Below are positions 37,750 to 49,792 of a stretch of DNA of 64,000 nucleotides, in pieces. Origin of the DNA: Longimicrobiales bacterium (GTDB taxonomy: Bacteria; Gemmatimonadota; Gemmatimonadetes; Longimicrobiales; Gaopeijiaceae). Each line of letters starts with the position of its first letter. The stretch's first letter is position 1. Made by a program: the position numbers and the translations under genes. The notes below the pieces were generated by a model. That model did not search any database and was not told the origin of the DNA. It saw only the letters and a list, made by a program, of their open reading frames with translations. Location of the stretch: positions 352,001 through 416,000 of the forward strand of contig CBDDCX010000007.1 of assembly GCA_965226375.1 (NCBI GenBank), given 5' to 3'.

Positions 37750-38901
37750 ATGAAAATCGGCATCACATGTTATCCCACCTACGGGGGCTCAGGCGCCGTC
37801 GCGACGGCCCTCGGGATACAGCTCGCGAAGCGAGGGCACGAGGTGCATTTCGTGTCATACGCCCAACCGTTCCGCCTGGGACACTTCCACGAACGGATTT
37901 TCTTCCACGAAGTGGAGATGGAGCACTATCCACTCTTCGAGCACCCTCCCTACACGTTGGCGCTCGCGGTGGCACTCCACGACGCGGCTCGGACCCACGA
38001 CCTCGACCTGCTTCACGTCCACTACGCCATTCCGCACGCGACCTCCGCGTGGATCGCCCAGGAGATGCTCGGGGACGGAGGTATACCGGTGGTGACGACC
38101 CTGCACGGCACGGACATCACCCTGGTGGGACTGCATCCGTCCTTCCAACGGATCACACGCTTCTCTATCCTTCGGTCCACCGGCATCACGGCGGTCTCCG
38201 AGTACCTGCGTGACGAGACGGTCCGTGACTTCGACGTGCCCCCCGAGCGTATCGACGTCATTCCGAACTTCATCGACACCGAGGTCTACGATCCGGCCAA
38301 GGAGCCCTGCTACCGGTCGACGCTCGCTGAAGAGGGGGAGAAGATCGTCATGCACGTCTCCAACTTCCGCCCCGTGAAGCGCGTGTTGGACGTGGTGGAG
38401 GTTTTCGCCCGAATCGCCGCAGCGATGCCGTCCCGCCTGATCATGGTGGGGGACGGACCCGAGCGACCGCGCGCACAAGAGAGAGCCAAGGAATTGGACG
38501 TCGACGACCGAGTGGTCTTCTTGGGAAAGCATGACTCCGTGGAGGAGCTGCTCCCGTGCGCCGATCTGTTCCTGCTTCCCAGCGGCTCCGAGTCATTCGG
38601 GCTGGCGGCCCTGGAGGCCATGGCTTCGGGGACACCGGTCGTGGCTGCGTCGATCGGGGGAGTGCCGGAGCTGCTTCCTCATGGAGAGGCGGGATACCTC
38701 TACCCCGTCGGCGACGTGGAGGGCATGTCGGAAGGTGCCTTGAAGATCTTGAGTGACCCGGATCTGCGGGCGACCTTCGGTGAGGCAGGTCGGGCTATCG
38801 CTATTGAGCGCTTTTCGGCGGAGCGACTGGTCCCCGAGTACGAGGCGTGCTACGAGAGGGCGGTCGAGTCCCATGCACAGACCCACGGGCCCCGAGGGTG
38901 A
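37750..38901 (+). CDS. bshA: N-acetylglucosaminyl-L-malate synthase
   Basis: MKIGITCYPTYGGSG, HVHYAIPHA, TTLHGTDIT, SNFRPVKR, ESFGLAALEA. Confidence 0.93.
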   Translation: MKIGITCYPTYGGSGAVATALGIQLAKRGHEVHFVSYAQPFRLGHFHERIFFHEVEMEHYPLFEHPPYTLALAVALHDAARTHDLDLLHVHYAIPHATSAWIAQEMLGDGGIPVVTTLHGTDITLVGLHPSFQRITRFSILRSTGITAVSEYLRDETVRDFDVPPERIDVIPNFIDTEVYDPAKEPCYRSTLAEEGEKIVMHVSNFRPVKRVLDVVEVFARIAAAMPSRLIMVGDGPERPRAQERAKELDVDDRVVFLGKHDSVEELLPCADLFLLPSGSESFGLAALEAMASGTPVVAASIGGVPELLPHGEAGYLYPVGDVEGMSEGALKILSDPDLRATFGEAGRAIAIERFSAERLVPEYEACYERAVESHAQTHGPRG

Positions 38902-39686
38902 ATCTCTGGGAAGCGGTCTTTTTGGGATTTCTTCAGGGAGCCACAGAGTTTCTGCCGGTTTCCAGCTCAGGCCACCTGGTGGTGGGTCAGGCGCTATTGG
39001 GCCTGGACATTCCCGGTGTACAGTTCGAGGTGGCCGTGCACGTGGCGACCCTGGTCTCCATCGTGCTGGTCTACCACGGCCGGATCGGTAGGCTCATCGG
39101 CGGCGCCTTGAGTGGTGACGCCAAAGCATGGAGTTATATCGGCCTTCTGGTCGTTGCAAGCCTACCGATCGTGGTTGTCGGTGCGTTTTTTCGGCACTGG
39201 GTGGAGGCGCTATTCGAGAGTCCCTTCGTGCCCGCCGTGGCTTTTCTGGTGACCGGCACTCTGCTCTGGACGACCCGAAGTGCGTTGCGGCGGGAGCACT
39301 GGCCGGGACTGAGCTTGATGGCGGCGGTGGCCGTCGGTCTGGCCCAGGCGGTCGCCGTGGTGCCGGGGATTTCGCGATCGGGAGCGACGGTCGTTGCAGC
39401 GCTGTGGATGGGCGTCGAAGCCGAAGAGGCGGCCGCCTTCTCCTTTCTGATGGCCATCCCGGTCATCGCCGGAGCCGCGGTTCTCCAGCTCTGGGGAACG
39501 GCGGGTACAGGAGCAGGCCTATCCGCGGGAGCTTTGATCCTGGGATCGGTGGTCGCTGCCGTGACCGGTGTCGTGGCCATCCGGGCATTCGTCACCTTCC
39601 TGGCAAGGAAGAGTTTCCATCGATTCGGCATCTACTGTTGGGCCTTGGGCGCCGCTTTCCTCGCCTACCTATTCTCGGTGGGATGA
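38898..39686 (+). CDS. uppP: Undecaprenyl-diphosphate phosphatase
   Basis: QGATEFLPVSSSGH, PGISRSG, FSFLMAIP. Confidence 0.95.
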   Translation: MNLWEAVFLGFLQGATEFLPVSSSGHLVVGQALLGLDIPGVQFEVAVHVATLVSIVLVYHGRIGRLIGGALSGDAKAWSYIGLLVVASLPIVVVGAFFRHWVEALFESPFVPAVAFLVTGTLLWTTRSALRREHWPGLSLMAAVAVGLAQAVAVVPGISRSGATVVAALWMGVEAEEAAAFSFLMAIPVIAGAAVLQLWGTAGTGAGLSAGALILGSVVAAVTGVVAIRAFVTFLARKSFHRFGIYCWALGAAFLAYLFSVG

Positions 39687-39690
39687 CCCG

Positions 39691-40461
39691 ATGGGCCGCC
39701 TGTATACTTGGGAGAGTGAGCCGACCAGGGCTTGGGAGCACCTCTGGAGCGTTCCCCACTTCGAGGCCTACGATGCGCTCCCTTCGACGAATGATCGAAT
39801 CAGGGCGTTGGCCGGGGAAGGAGCGGCAGCCTTCAGCACGGTAATCGCCGAAACGCAGACGGCCGGTCGCGGTCGGGGGGGTAAGTATTGGGAGTCCCCA
39901 CCGGGCCTGGGTCTATGGATGTCCTTCTTGCTGCGGCCCGAAGGCAAAGGCGCTCCGTCTCTCACGCCGTTGCTTGTAGGGCTCGCTACCGCCCGGGCCA
40001 TCGAACTATCGTGTCCGGGACTACACCCGAGGATCAAGTGGCCGAATGATGTTCTCGTGGAGGGCCGTAAGGTGGGGGGAATCCTCTGTGAAGGGGTGGG
40101 CCACGATGCCGTGGTGGTGGGCGTGGGGCTGAACATCAGCCAGCGTCCGGAGGACTTTCCCTCGGGTCTGAGGGGTCGTGCCACGTCACTGGGGGCCGGC
40201 GGGTGCCCTGGTGTGGTTCGTGCCGAGTTGGCTGGGGGAGTGTTGCGCCAGGCCCGTGATCTGGTCGAGCCCCTTCCGGACGACCTCGACGAGGGGTTGC
40301 GCGACGAGCTGCAACACAGGGATGCTTTGGCCGGGCGTACGGTCCGGACGGAAACGGGGCAGGAGGGAACGGCCATCGGTGTGGCGAAAGACGGGGCCCT
40401 GCTGATCGAGACAGACGGAACCCGCCATTCGATTAGAGGCGGGGGGGTCAGCGTGGTGTGA
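39691..40461 (+). CDS. birA: Biotin-protein ligase (no HTH domain)
   Basis: STND, QTAGRGRGG, IKWPND, KVGGIL, GVGLN. Confidence 0.93.
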   Translation: MGRLYTWESEPTRAWEHLWSVPHFEAYDALPSTNDRIRALAGEGAAAFSTVIAETQTAGRGRGGKYWESPPGLGLWMSFLLRPEGKGAPSLTPLLVGLATARAIELSCPGLHPRIKWPNDVLVEGRKVGGILCEGVGHDAVVVGVGLNISQRPEDFPSGLRGRATSLGAGGCPGVVRAELAGGVLRQARDLVEPLPDDLDEGLRDELQHRDALAGRTVRTETGQEGTAIGVAKDGALLIETDGTRHSIRGGGVSVV

Positions 40462-40524
40462 AGCGCCGCCTGAGGTAGGGTGGAGGGTGCAGCGGTCGAG
40501 ACGAACTAGCGCGGAGAGAATGAG

Positions 40525-41301
40525 ATGGACTTGGTCATCGACGTGGGAAACAGCGAGACGGTCCTGGGGCTTGTGCGGCCTGGAGGCCTGGAGGTGGCCG
40601 CTCACTGGCGTGTGAGCACCACCGTTCCACGCACCGTGGACGAATACGAGCTGGTTTTCCGAGCACTGCTGGCTGGCCGCGGATTCAGTCCTGAAGACGT
40701 GGGGCTGGCCGTGTTGGGATCGGTGGTTCCGTCGGCCACCGGCATCATCACCGACACGTTGGCGCGGTTCGTTGACCAGCCTCCTGTGGTGGTCACCGCA
40801 CAAAGCCCACTCCCCATCGAGCTCGACGTGGACGAGCCCCTCACCGTCGGCGCCGACCGCATCGTCAACACGCTGGCGGCCAAGGAGATGTACGGACGCG
40901 ATACGATCGCCGTGGACCTGGGCACGGCTACGACCTTCGACTGCATCACGGCCGAGGGTGTATTCTGCGGTGGTGTCATCTCCCAGGGGATCCAGGCGGG
41001 ATTGGATTGGTTGGGCAAGAAGACCGCCAAGCTGCCCAACGTCGAGTTGGGTCCTCCCGATCGGGTGATCGGGCGCCGAACCGAGGAGTGTATCCGCAGC
41101 GGGGTGTTCTACTCGGCCGTCGACGCGGTCGACGGCATCGTACGACGCATCCAGGCCGAGTGGTCGCGCCCTGACGTTTACGTGGTGGCCACAGGCGGCT
41201 ATGCCGAGGTCATTGGGCCGCACGCCGAGACGGTGGACCATATCCAGCCGTTCCTCACCCTCTACGGCCTCGCGTTGGCTGGACGCGCCATTCGGGGCTG
41301 A
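40525..41301 (+). CDS. coaX: Type III pantothenate kinase
   Basis: DVGNS, GADR, VDLGTATT, ATGG. Confidence 0.95.
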   Translation: MDLVIDVGNSETVLGLVRPGGLEVAAHWRVSTTVPRTVDEYELVFRALLAGRGFSPEDVGLAVLGSVVPSATGIITDTLARFVDQPPVVVTAQSPLPIELDVDEPLTVGADRIVNTLAAKEMYGRDTIAVDLGTATTFDCITAEGVFCGGVISQGIQAGLDWLGKKTAKLPNVELGPPDRVIGRRTEECIRSGVFYSAVDAVDGIVRRIQAEWSRPDVYVVATGGYAEVIGPHAETVDHIQPFLTLYGLALAGRAIRG

Positions 41302-41366
41302 CTCGGGTCCACCCAGAAGCGGCTCGCCGATCGCGGAAGGGCGCGTACTTCCCGGCGAATCTCCCG

Positions 41367-41431
41367 TTGACAGGGTCTCGGGGGGTGATAGATTCCGAGC
41401 CTGATTAGCACTCCTTCAGTACGAGTGCTAG
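41367..41431 (+). promoter_or_regulatory. groESL sigma70 promoter and CIRCE (HrcA operator)
   Basis: TTGACA-N16-TAGATT (41367-94); TTAGCACTC-N9-GAGTGCTAG (41405-31). Confidence 0.92.
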
Positions 41432-41481
41432 CAACATCCCGAACTTCATGTTACTCAACCAGTTAGCAGGAGGCATTTCGG

Positions 41482-41787
41482 ATGTCGACGAAGGCTGCGA
41501 CCAAGATTAAGCCGCTTGCGGACCGAGTGGTAGTGACGCCCACCGAAGAAGATGAGCAGATGCGTGGGGGCCTCTACATTCCGGATACCGCAAAGGAAAA
41601 GCCACAGCAGGGCAAGATCGTGGCACTAGGACCGGGTAAGCTCTCGGAAGAGGGCACGCGTGTGGAGCCCGACGTAGAGCTCGGACAGACCGTCCTCTAC
41701 GGCAAGTACAGTGGCACGGACGTGACTATCGATGGTGAGGACTTCCTCTTCCTTCGCGAGTCAGACATCCTGGCCGTCATTGGATAG
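41482..41787 (+). CDS. groES: Co-chaperonin GroES
   Basis: [35 protein letters not shown]. Confidence 0.98.
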   Translation: MSTKAATKIKPLADRVVVTPTEEDEQMRGGLYIPDTAKEKPQQGKIVALGPGKLSEEGTRVEPDVELGQTVLYGKYSGTDVTIDGEDFLFLRESDILAVIG

Positions 41788-41895
41788 AGCGCTGAAATCG
41801 GCGTCGGGCGGTATCGTGCGCGGCATCCGATTTGAGCACTCTCAGGACGTTTTGGTTTACACGTTTCTACTAGCGACAGATTGAGGAGTAAGTAA

Positions 41896-43530
<1,635 letters not shown>

Positions 43531-43618
43531 GGACTCTCCGACACGCGAGTGCCGGGATGGCACTGACTTCCGCGAGACCCTAGCGGGATCTCGGGAGGAA
43601 GCGCCCACGGTCTCTGCG

Positions 43619-43658
43619 CGGCCCGGTCACCATGTTGGTGGCCGGGCCGTCGTCTTTT
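43619..43658 (+). terminator. Probable terminator after groEL
   Basis: CGGCCCGGTCACCA-TGT-TGGTGGCCGGGCCG then TCGTCTTTT. Confidence 0.6.
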
Positions 43659-43752
43659 CGGACAGTGGCTTTTCGTACGGACTGCACTACCTTTTTTGGC
43701 CGCCGACCGCGGCTTTGCCGCGGCCCACAAAACCGAGGGGAACTGAACGAAC

Positions 43753-45672
43753 ATGGCAGATATCAAGGTGACCCTTCCTGACGGGACTGTGCTGGAGGTG
43801 CCCGAGGGATCCACCGTAGGCGATGTAGCGGCGGCCATCGGCCCAGGATTGGCCAAGGCGGCTCTGGCGGGTGAGGTGGACGGTCAGACCGTGGACCTTT
43901 TCCACGTCATCGACGCCGACACCGGCCTGAAGATCATCACGGAGCGAGATCCCGACGCTCTGGGCCTGTTGCGGCACTCGGCTGCCCACGTGTTGGCTAC
44001 GGCCGTGCGCGAGCTGCGCCCGGGCGCCGGGATCGGGTTCGGGCCTGCCATCGACGACGGGTTCTACTACGACTTCGACGTGGACGAGCCGTTCACCCCG
44101 GAAGATCTGGAGATCTTCGAGGCCAAGATGGCCGAGGTGGCACAGGCCGACTACGCCTTCGAGCGCCAGATAGTGAATACCGAAGAGGCACGGAAGCTCT
44201 TCGCCGACGATCCCTTGAAGCTGGAGCGCCTGGAGGAGTTCGACGAAGACGAGATCATCACGGTCTACCGGGACGGACCTTTCCTGGATCTGTGCAAGGG
44301 ACCCCACCTGCCTTCCACCGGTCGACTCAAGCACTTCAAGCTGCTGTCCGGCGCCGGGGCGTACTGGAGAGGTGACGAGAAGCGCCAGATGCTACAGCGT
44401 ATCTACGGAACGGCGTTCTTCAAGAAGCAGGACCTGAGCGACCACCTGGAGCAGCTGGAGGAGGCCAAGAAGCGGGACCACCGGGTCCTGGGCCGGGAAC
44501 TGGATCTGTTCTCGACCGACCCGCGGGTGGGTCCGGGACTGATCCTATGGCACGCGAAGGGTTCCGTGATCCGCACCGAGATCGAGACCTTCGAGCGCGA
44601 GCTCGTGGTCCGGCACGGCTACGACCTGGTGTATACGCCCCACATCATGAGCGAGAAGATGTTCGAGATCTCGGGGCACCTCGAGAATTTCAAGGAAGGT
44701 ATGTTCGGGGCGATGGAGGTGGAGGGTGCCGCCTACCGCCCCAAGCCGATGAACTGCCCGGGGCACATCGCGATCTACGAGGCGGACCAGCGCTCGTATC
44801 GGGATCTTCCCATACGCATGGCCGAGTTCGGCACGGTGTACCGTTACGAGCGGAGCGGCGTCCTGCATGGCATGTTGCGAGTCCGCGGATTCACGCAGGA
44901 CGATGCCCACATCTTCTGTACGCCGGAGCAGGTCACGGACGAGATCAACCGTCTGGTGGACCTGGTGGACGAGATGCTCGCTGCGTTCGGCTACCCGTAC
45001 ACGATCGAGCTTGCCACCAAGCCCGAAGAGAAGGCGCTCGGTAGCGACGAGGAGTGGGACTCGGCCGTGAAGATGTTGGCCGACGCCCTGGAGGCTCGGG
45101 ATATTCCCTTCGAGTACGACATCGGGGGCGGGGCCTTCTACGGACCCAAGCTCGACTTCAAACTCATCGATGCGATCGGGCGGCAGTGGCAAGGTCCCAC
45201 GGTCCAGCTCGACTTCAACCTGCCGGAGCGTTTTGAGCTCGAGTACATCGGCGAGGACAACGAGCGCCATCGTCCGGTCATGCTTCATCGCGTTCTGGTG
45301 GGGTCTATGGAGCGATTCGTAGGCGGGCTCATCGAGCACTACGCGGGGGCGTTCCCACTGTGGTTGGCGCCGGAGCAGGTGAGGGTGCTGCCGATCTCGG
45401 AGCAGTGGGTGGAATCGGCCGAAGAGTTCGCTGCTGAGCTGCAGGCGGCCGGGATCCGTGGTGCGGTGGTGAGCCGGGAGACGCTGGGGTATCGGATTCG
45501 TGATGCGGAGATGCACAAGGTGCCGTATATGGCGGTGATCGGGGAACGCGAAGCCGAGGCGGGTACGGTGGCGGTGCGGAAGCGTGGCGACGGCAAGAAG
45601 CAGGAGGTTCGAGATCGGGGCGAGTTCGTTGCCGACCTGGTCCAAGAGGCGGAGTCCAGGGCGCTCGAATAG
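43753..45672 (+). CDS. thrS: Threonine-tRNA ligase
   Basis: TGS domain, RHSAAH, RDHRVLG, KPMNCP, RVRGFTQDDAH, FYGPK. Confidence 0.98.
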   Translation: MADIKVTLPDGTVLEVPEGSTVGDVAAAIGPGLAKAALAGEVDGQTVDLFHVIDADTGLKIITERDPDALGLLRHSAAHVLATAVRELRPGAGIGFGPAIDDGFYYDFDVDEPFTPEDLEIFEAKMAEVAQADYAFERQIVNTEEARKLFADDPLKLERLEEFDEDEIITVYRDGPFLDLCKGPHLPSTGRLKHFKLLSGAGAYWRGDEKRQMLQRIYGTAFFKKQDLSDHLEQLEEAKKRDHRVLGRELDLFSTDPRVGPGLILWHAKGSVIRTEIETFERELVVRHGYDLVYTPHIMSEKMFEISGHLENFKEGMFGAMEVEGAAYRPKPMNCPGHIAIYEADQRSYRDLPIRMAEFGTVYRYERSGVLHGMLRVRGFTQDDAHIFCTPEQVTDEINRLVDLVDEMLAAFGYPYTIELATKPEEKALGSDEEWDSAVKMLADALEARDIPFEYDIGGGAFYGPKLDFKLIDAIGRQWQGPTVQLDFNLPERFELEYIGEDNERHRPVMLHRVLVGSMERFVGGLIEHYAGAFPLWLAPEQVRVLPISEQWVESAEEFAAELQAAGIRGAVVSRETLGYRIRDAEMHKVPYMAVIGEREAEAGTVAVRKRGDGKKQEVRDRGEFVADLVQEAESRALE

Positions 45673-46010
45673 GGGAGGTCGTGCGGTTCCCTCGCTCGCT
45701 GCTATCCGGGGGACCTCCCCGCATCCCCGCTGCCACGTATCCCCCTCCTAGACGCTCGCTCGGGACCGCACGACCTCCCCTTGGTCGGCCCCCCTCTCCC
45801 GCTCGTCAGTCACAGGCTACGCTCACTGCCCCGTCTCTCACTTGGGGCGGCCCCACGCCACCGGCCACCCAGGGGGCGGCCCCTCCGCGCCGCCCCAGGG
45901 CAGCCCCCGGCCACACCACCGCGGGGCGGGCCGGTACTCCGGGCCGAAGCCGTACGCTCTCGCTGACGCGTCGGTCTTCGTAGCCGTTGCTCGCTGGCCG
46001 AGTCGCCCTT
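45671..46010. repeat. Cluster of GC-rich inverted repeats (REP/MITE-like)
   Basis: 17-bp perfect IR AGGGGAGGTCGTGCGGT (45671-87) / ACCGCACGACCTCCCCT (45765-81); further hairpins such as GGGGCGGC-CCCTCCGC-GCCGCCCC; repeated CGCTC motifs. Confidence 0.6.
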
Positions 46011-46076
46011 CACTGTCCAGGGCTCGGGGGCGTATATTGGCGGTTCGACTCATACTGTCCGGACTGGAGTGGCGTC

Positions 46077-46619
46077 ATGCGTATCGTTCGTTCTTGCCTG
46101 CTGATCTCGGCGCTCGCGGCTGTCGGTACCTCCGGCGTGCTGGCTCAGAGCACACCTCCCAACTTCTTGGTGGAGTTCGAGGGGCAGTTCGGTGCGTCGG
46201 CCGACAAGTTGGTGGCTCTGGCCAAGGCTATGCCGGAGTCGGCGTATGAGTGGAGCCCGATGGAGGGTGTGGCTTCAGTGGTGCGGGTGTATATGCACAT
46301 TGCTCGCTACAACTACTACTACCCGGACATCGCGTTGGGCGTGGATTCACCGATGGGGGCGGCGGAGTACGACAGTTGGGAAGAAGGGGTGACGGACAAG
46401 GAGAAGGCGGTCGCGATTCTTGCCGAGTCGATGGAGCATGTGAGGAGGGTAGCGGCCCACTTGTCTGCCATGGATCTCGAAGATGAGACTCGGCTATACG
46501 CTCGGGACGTGGGTCAATGGGCTGTGCTGCTTCAGCTCATCACGCACATGAACGAGCATCTGGGGCAGTCGATCGCTTATGCGCGTATGAACCACGTGGT
46601 GCCGCCCTGGTCGATGTAG
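46077..46619 (+). CDS. Secreted DinB family protein
   Basis: Signal peptide, LAKAMPE, WSP, MHIA, HMNEHLGQSIAYAR, VPPWS. Confidence 0.88.
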   Translation: MRIVRSCLLISALAAVGTSGVLAQSTPPNFLVEFEGQFGASADKLVALAKAMPESAYEWSPMEGVASVVRVYMHIARYNYYYPDIALGVDSPMGAAEYDSWEEGVTDKEKAVAILAESMEHVRRVAAHLSAMDLEDETRLYARDVGQWAVLLQLITHMNEHLGQSIAYARMNHVVPPWSM

Positions 46620-46629
46620 GCGAGGGCGC

Positions 46630-49316
46630 CTAGTTACCGATCCGGGCCTTCACCTCTTCGAAGAAGTTCTGCACGAGGATGAACTCATTGGCGGCTTCGT
46701 CGGAGGCTGCGAAGCCACGGACCATCAGGAACCGCTCATCGTCGGAGGTGATGTCGTAGAGTCCCACGACGAAGTTGTTGTTGGGTCGACCCTCGTAACC
46801 CTGCGGGACCGGGAACAGCGTCTGACGTTCCCGCACCCGAAAGCCCGACGCGGTTTCCACTTGCGCGGCCATCATCTCACCGGAGTTGTTCACGAAGAAG
46901 AGCTCCTCACCGGTGTGACCCCAGAGCGCGCCGTGCCCTCCCTCGGTCGAGACCTGCCACTTACCCGCGTTCACGTCCGGGAACGGTCGCACGAAAATCT
47001 CGTAGCGGCCCGTCTCGTCCGCACCATACGCAAGCCACCGGCCATCGGGTGACAGGGCCGGTCCCACCTCGTCGACCTCCGACGCGAGGAGCGGGAGAGG
47101 GACGGTATCCACTTCGGGACGGATGGCCAGAATGTCTCGTCCTCCGGCAACTCCTCCGGCCCCACCTGTCCGCAGGATCAACCATTCACCGTCGGGACTC
47201 CAGAACCCTTGCGAGAGAAAGACATCGTGGTCGAGTACCAGTTCTGCCTCTCCCGTTCCGTCGGCGGCTTTCGACCAGACGTCCAGATTCTCACCTCGGT
47301 TGGAAAGGAAGGTTACGTTGACACCGTCGGGGGTCCACCGGGGCATCCGTTCTTCGGCCTCACCGAACGTCAGCCGCGAGAGCGGCCCATCGTCCAGTTC
47401 CTTGATCCAGATGTCGTGGCCGGCCTCGGTCTGGGCCCGGAGCGCCAAGCGCGTGTCGTCCGGTGACAAGCTCCAGCCAGAATTGATGTTGCCGCGATCG
47501 AATGCCCAGCCGGGATCCACCGGCGTGGCGATGCCCGAACGACTCACCCAGACGAACTCTCTCTCGCCGGTAGCTGCCTCGCCTGACCAATACGCCATCG
47601 TTCCGGTTTGCGACACACTGAATTCCGGATACGCGTTCGGACTCACGACGACACCCTCGGCCACGGGCACGGGCGCTCCGAAGAGCGCCATACCGTCAAC
47701 TGCGAGAGGCGCAGCGAGGATGTTGCCATCGAGTGAGCCGAAGATGAGATGGCCGTTGGGCGTCACATAGGGCTTGATACCTGGGGCAAGTATCCTGCGT
47801 ACTCCGTCGGCCAGCCGGACAGCCTCGATCCGCTCTGGATCACCCCAGATCGTGAACACGGCGGTCTCGCCGTTCGCAAGCACCTGGAAGTCGCCGTGGG
47901 TATCGTCTCCCTCCTCGGCTCGTGTGGTGACGGGCTCCACCTCGCCACCCTGTACCGGAACCCGCTTGATGGTCCTATCGGTAGGGGAGTAGTAAAGGAA
48001 GCCGTCGGGGCCCCACCGCGAACAGCAGAACGCCGAGTCCGCCAGCGTGCGCACGACTCCCCCTTGGAGGGGGGCCACCTTGAGTTGACTCGCTGCGACA
48101 AACGCCACTTCGGTCCCGTCCGGGGAGATTCTCGGACTTGTCGGCACCGCCCCGGCGGTCCCCGGGACAGGAGTGAGCGTGAGATTGTCCCAACGGCGCA
48201 GCCAAAGCTGGAAGTCACCCTCTGAGTCGGGTCCCGTGAAGACCAGAGACGATCCGTCGGGCGCGATATCGAAGTTTGTGCTGGGAGCTTGATCCTCATG
48301 GATGAGCACCGAGAATCGTCCGATCGGCTCGGGAGAAGCCGCCGGCTCGGGGCCGAACACCGTCCCAACGAGCGCAGCGCCAAGACGGTGGACAGCGACG
48401 CGAAGGCCGTCGTCCGGCGCTTCCAGGGGCCCGGATCACCCGCTGCGGTGTCGGCCGTCTCCCCGTATCGGAAGTGCTCATCGCCTAACGCGTCGGCGAA
48501 CTCCTGCACCGACGTGAACCGATCCGCCGGGAGCTTTTCCAGCGCGCAGCGCAGCGCGGCGTCCACGTTGGCTGGAATCGACGGTCGATGCGACGTCGCA
48601 GACACGGGTCCGCCCGCAATGATCTTGCCGAGCACCGCTTGGGCCGTATTCCCCGAGTAAGGGGGCTTACCCACCAGCATCTCGTAGAGCACACACGCCA
48701 GCGCGTACGTGTCGCTTGCCGCCCCCAGAACCTGATCGCCGGTCGCCTGCTCGGGGCTCATGTAGAACGGCGTGCCCACCGACAGGCCGGTCTCAGTGAG
48801 GCGTGTACCTCCCGCGGCGCCCACCGCCAACGCGATTCCGAAGTCCGCGATCATCGGCCGGCCCTCGTGCATCAGGATGTTGGCCGGTTTGATGTCCCGG
48901 TGGATGATCTTGCTCCGGTGCGCGTAGTCCAGCGCCTCAGCCAGATCAGTCGCGATCTTCACCGCTTCGTCCACGTGAAGCTGTTGTTCCCGGTCGAGCC
49001 TGTCCTGTAGCGACTCCCCCTCCACGAACGGCATGACGTAGAAGAGGAATGAATCGGCCTCTCCCGAGTCGTGGAGTGGCAGGATGTGAGGGTGCTGCAG
49101 GTTGGCCGTGGTCTTGATCTCGGTGAGGAAACGGTCGGCCCCCACCACGGCCGCCAGCTCGGGCTTGAGGACCTTCAGCGCCACCTTGCGCTCGTGCTTC
49201 AGGTCGTTGGCCAGGTAGACCGTGGCCATGCCGCCCTCGCCGAGCTCGCGCTCTATCTGGTCGCGACCGTGCAGGGCCGCGTTCAGACGTGCGATCGGGG
49301 AGTTCGGATCGTTCAT
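46630..49316 (-). pseudogene. Ser/Thr protein kinase fused to TolB/PD40 beta-propeller, split by a frameshift near 48376
   Basis: LGEGGMATVY, VALK, HRDIKPAN, DFG, YMSPEQ in one frame; SPDG repeats in another; one extra base in GCG CT GCG CTC restores the TM helix VLALALVGTVF. Confidence 0.8.
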
Positions 49317-49559
49317 GGACGACAACATGCGGCTGACCTGGACTGTGCCACAAGCTGCTCATTGGCGCCAGCGTCGGCGTCAGGCTCAAGCGTCCACCGT
49401 GCGGGTGGCTTGCGGCATGGCTGATCCAGAGACCATGAACCGTCACACACGTCGTTCAATGGTCCCGGCGAGGGGGGGGCATTCCGAGACCGAGAGGGCT
49501 CCGTTCCGCGCTATCGCTCACCACCTTGACGGACCCAGACATCTCCATGATCTTGGTAG

Positions 49560-49730
49560 GTTCTGAGCCTTGGAACAACGACAAAACGGAAGCGAGCGAC
49601 CTGTGAGCCGCTCCACCTTTCGGTTCCACAGATCACGTGGAAACCGCCGGGTCCAAGAGAGCGGGTGACGGGAGCGCAAAACTCTCGGCACATCGTGACC
49701 CTTGTGGCCCGGAGGAATCCGGGCTTTTTT
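49560..49730 (+). promoter_or_regulatory. Structured infC leader with terminator (putative L20-leader-like attenuator)
   Basis: Terminator GCCCGGA-GGAA-TCCGGGC-TTTTTT (49707-30) lies upstream of infC; CCGGGTCCA (49647-55) can pair with its 5' arm. Confidence 0.6.
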
Positions 49731-49792
49731 GTTGTGGATGAGCCGGGGTTTCCAAGGCCCGGGCTCCGTAAACCGTAGTGGAGGAGAGCAAG

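Noticed and set aside
41835..41841. AGCACTC between groES and groEL as a second CIRCE
   Set aside because: No GAGTGCT arm 9 bp downstream
45681..45983. 100 aa Pro/Arg-rich ORF after thrS
   Set aside because: Translation of hairpin-rich non-coding DNA with no protein-like features
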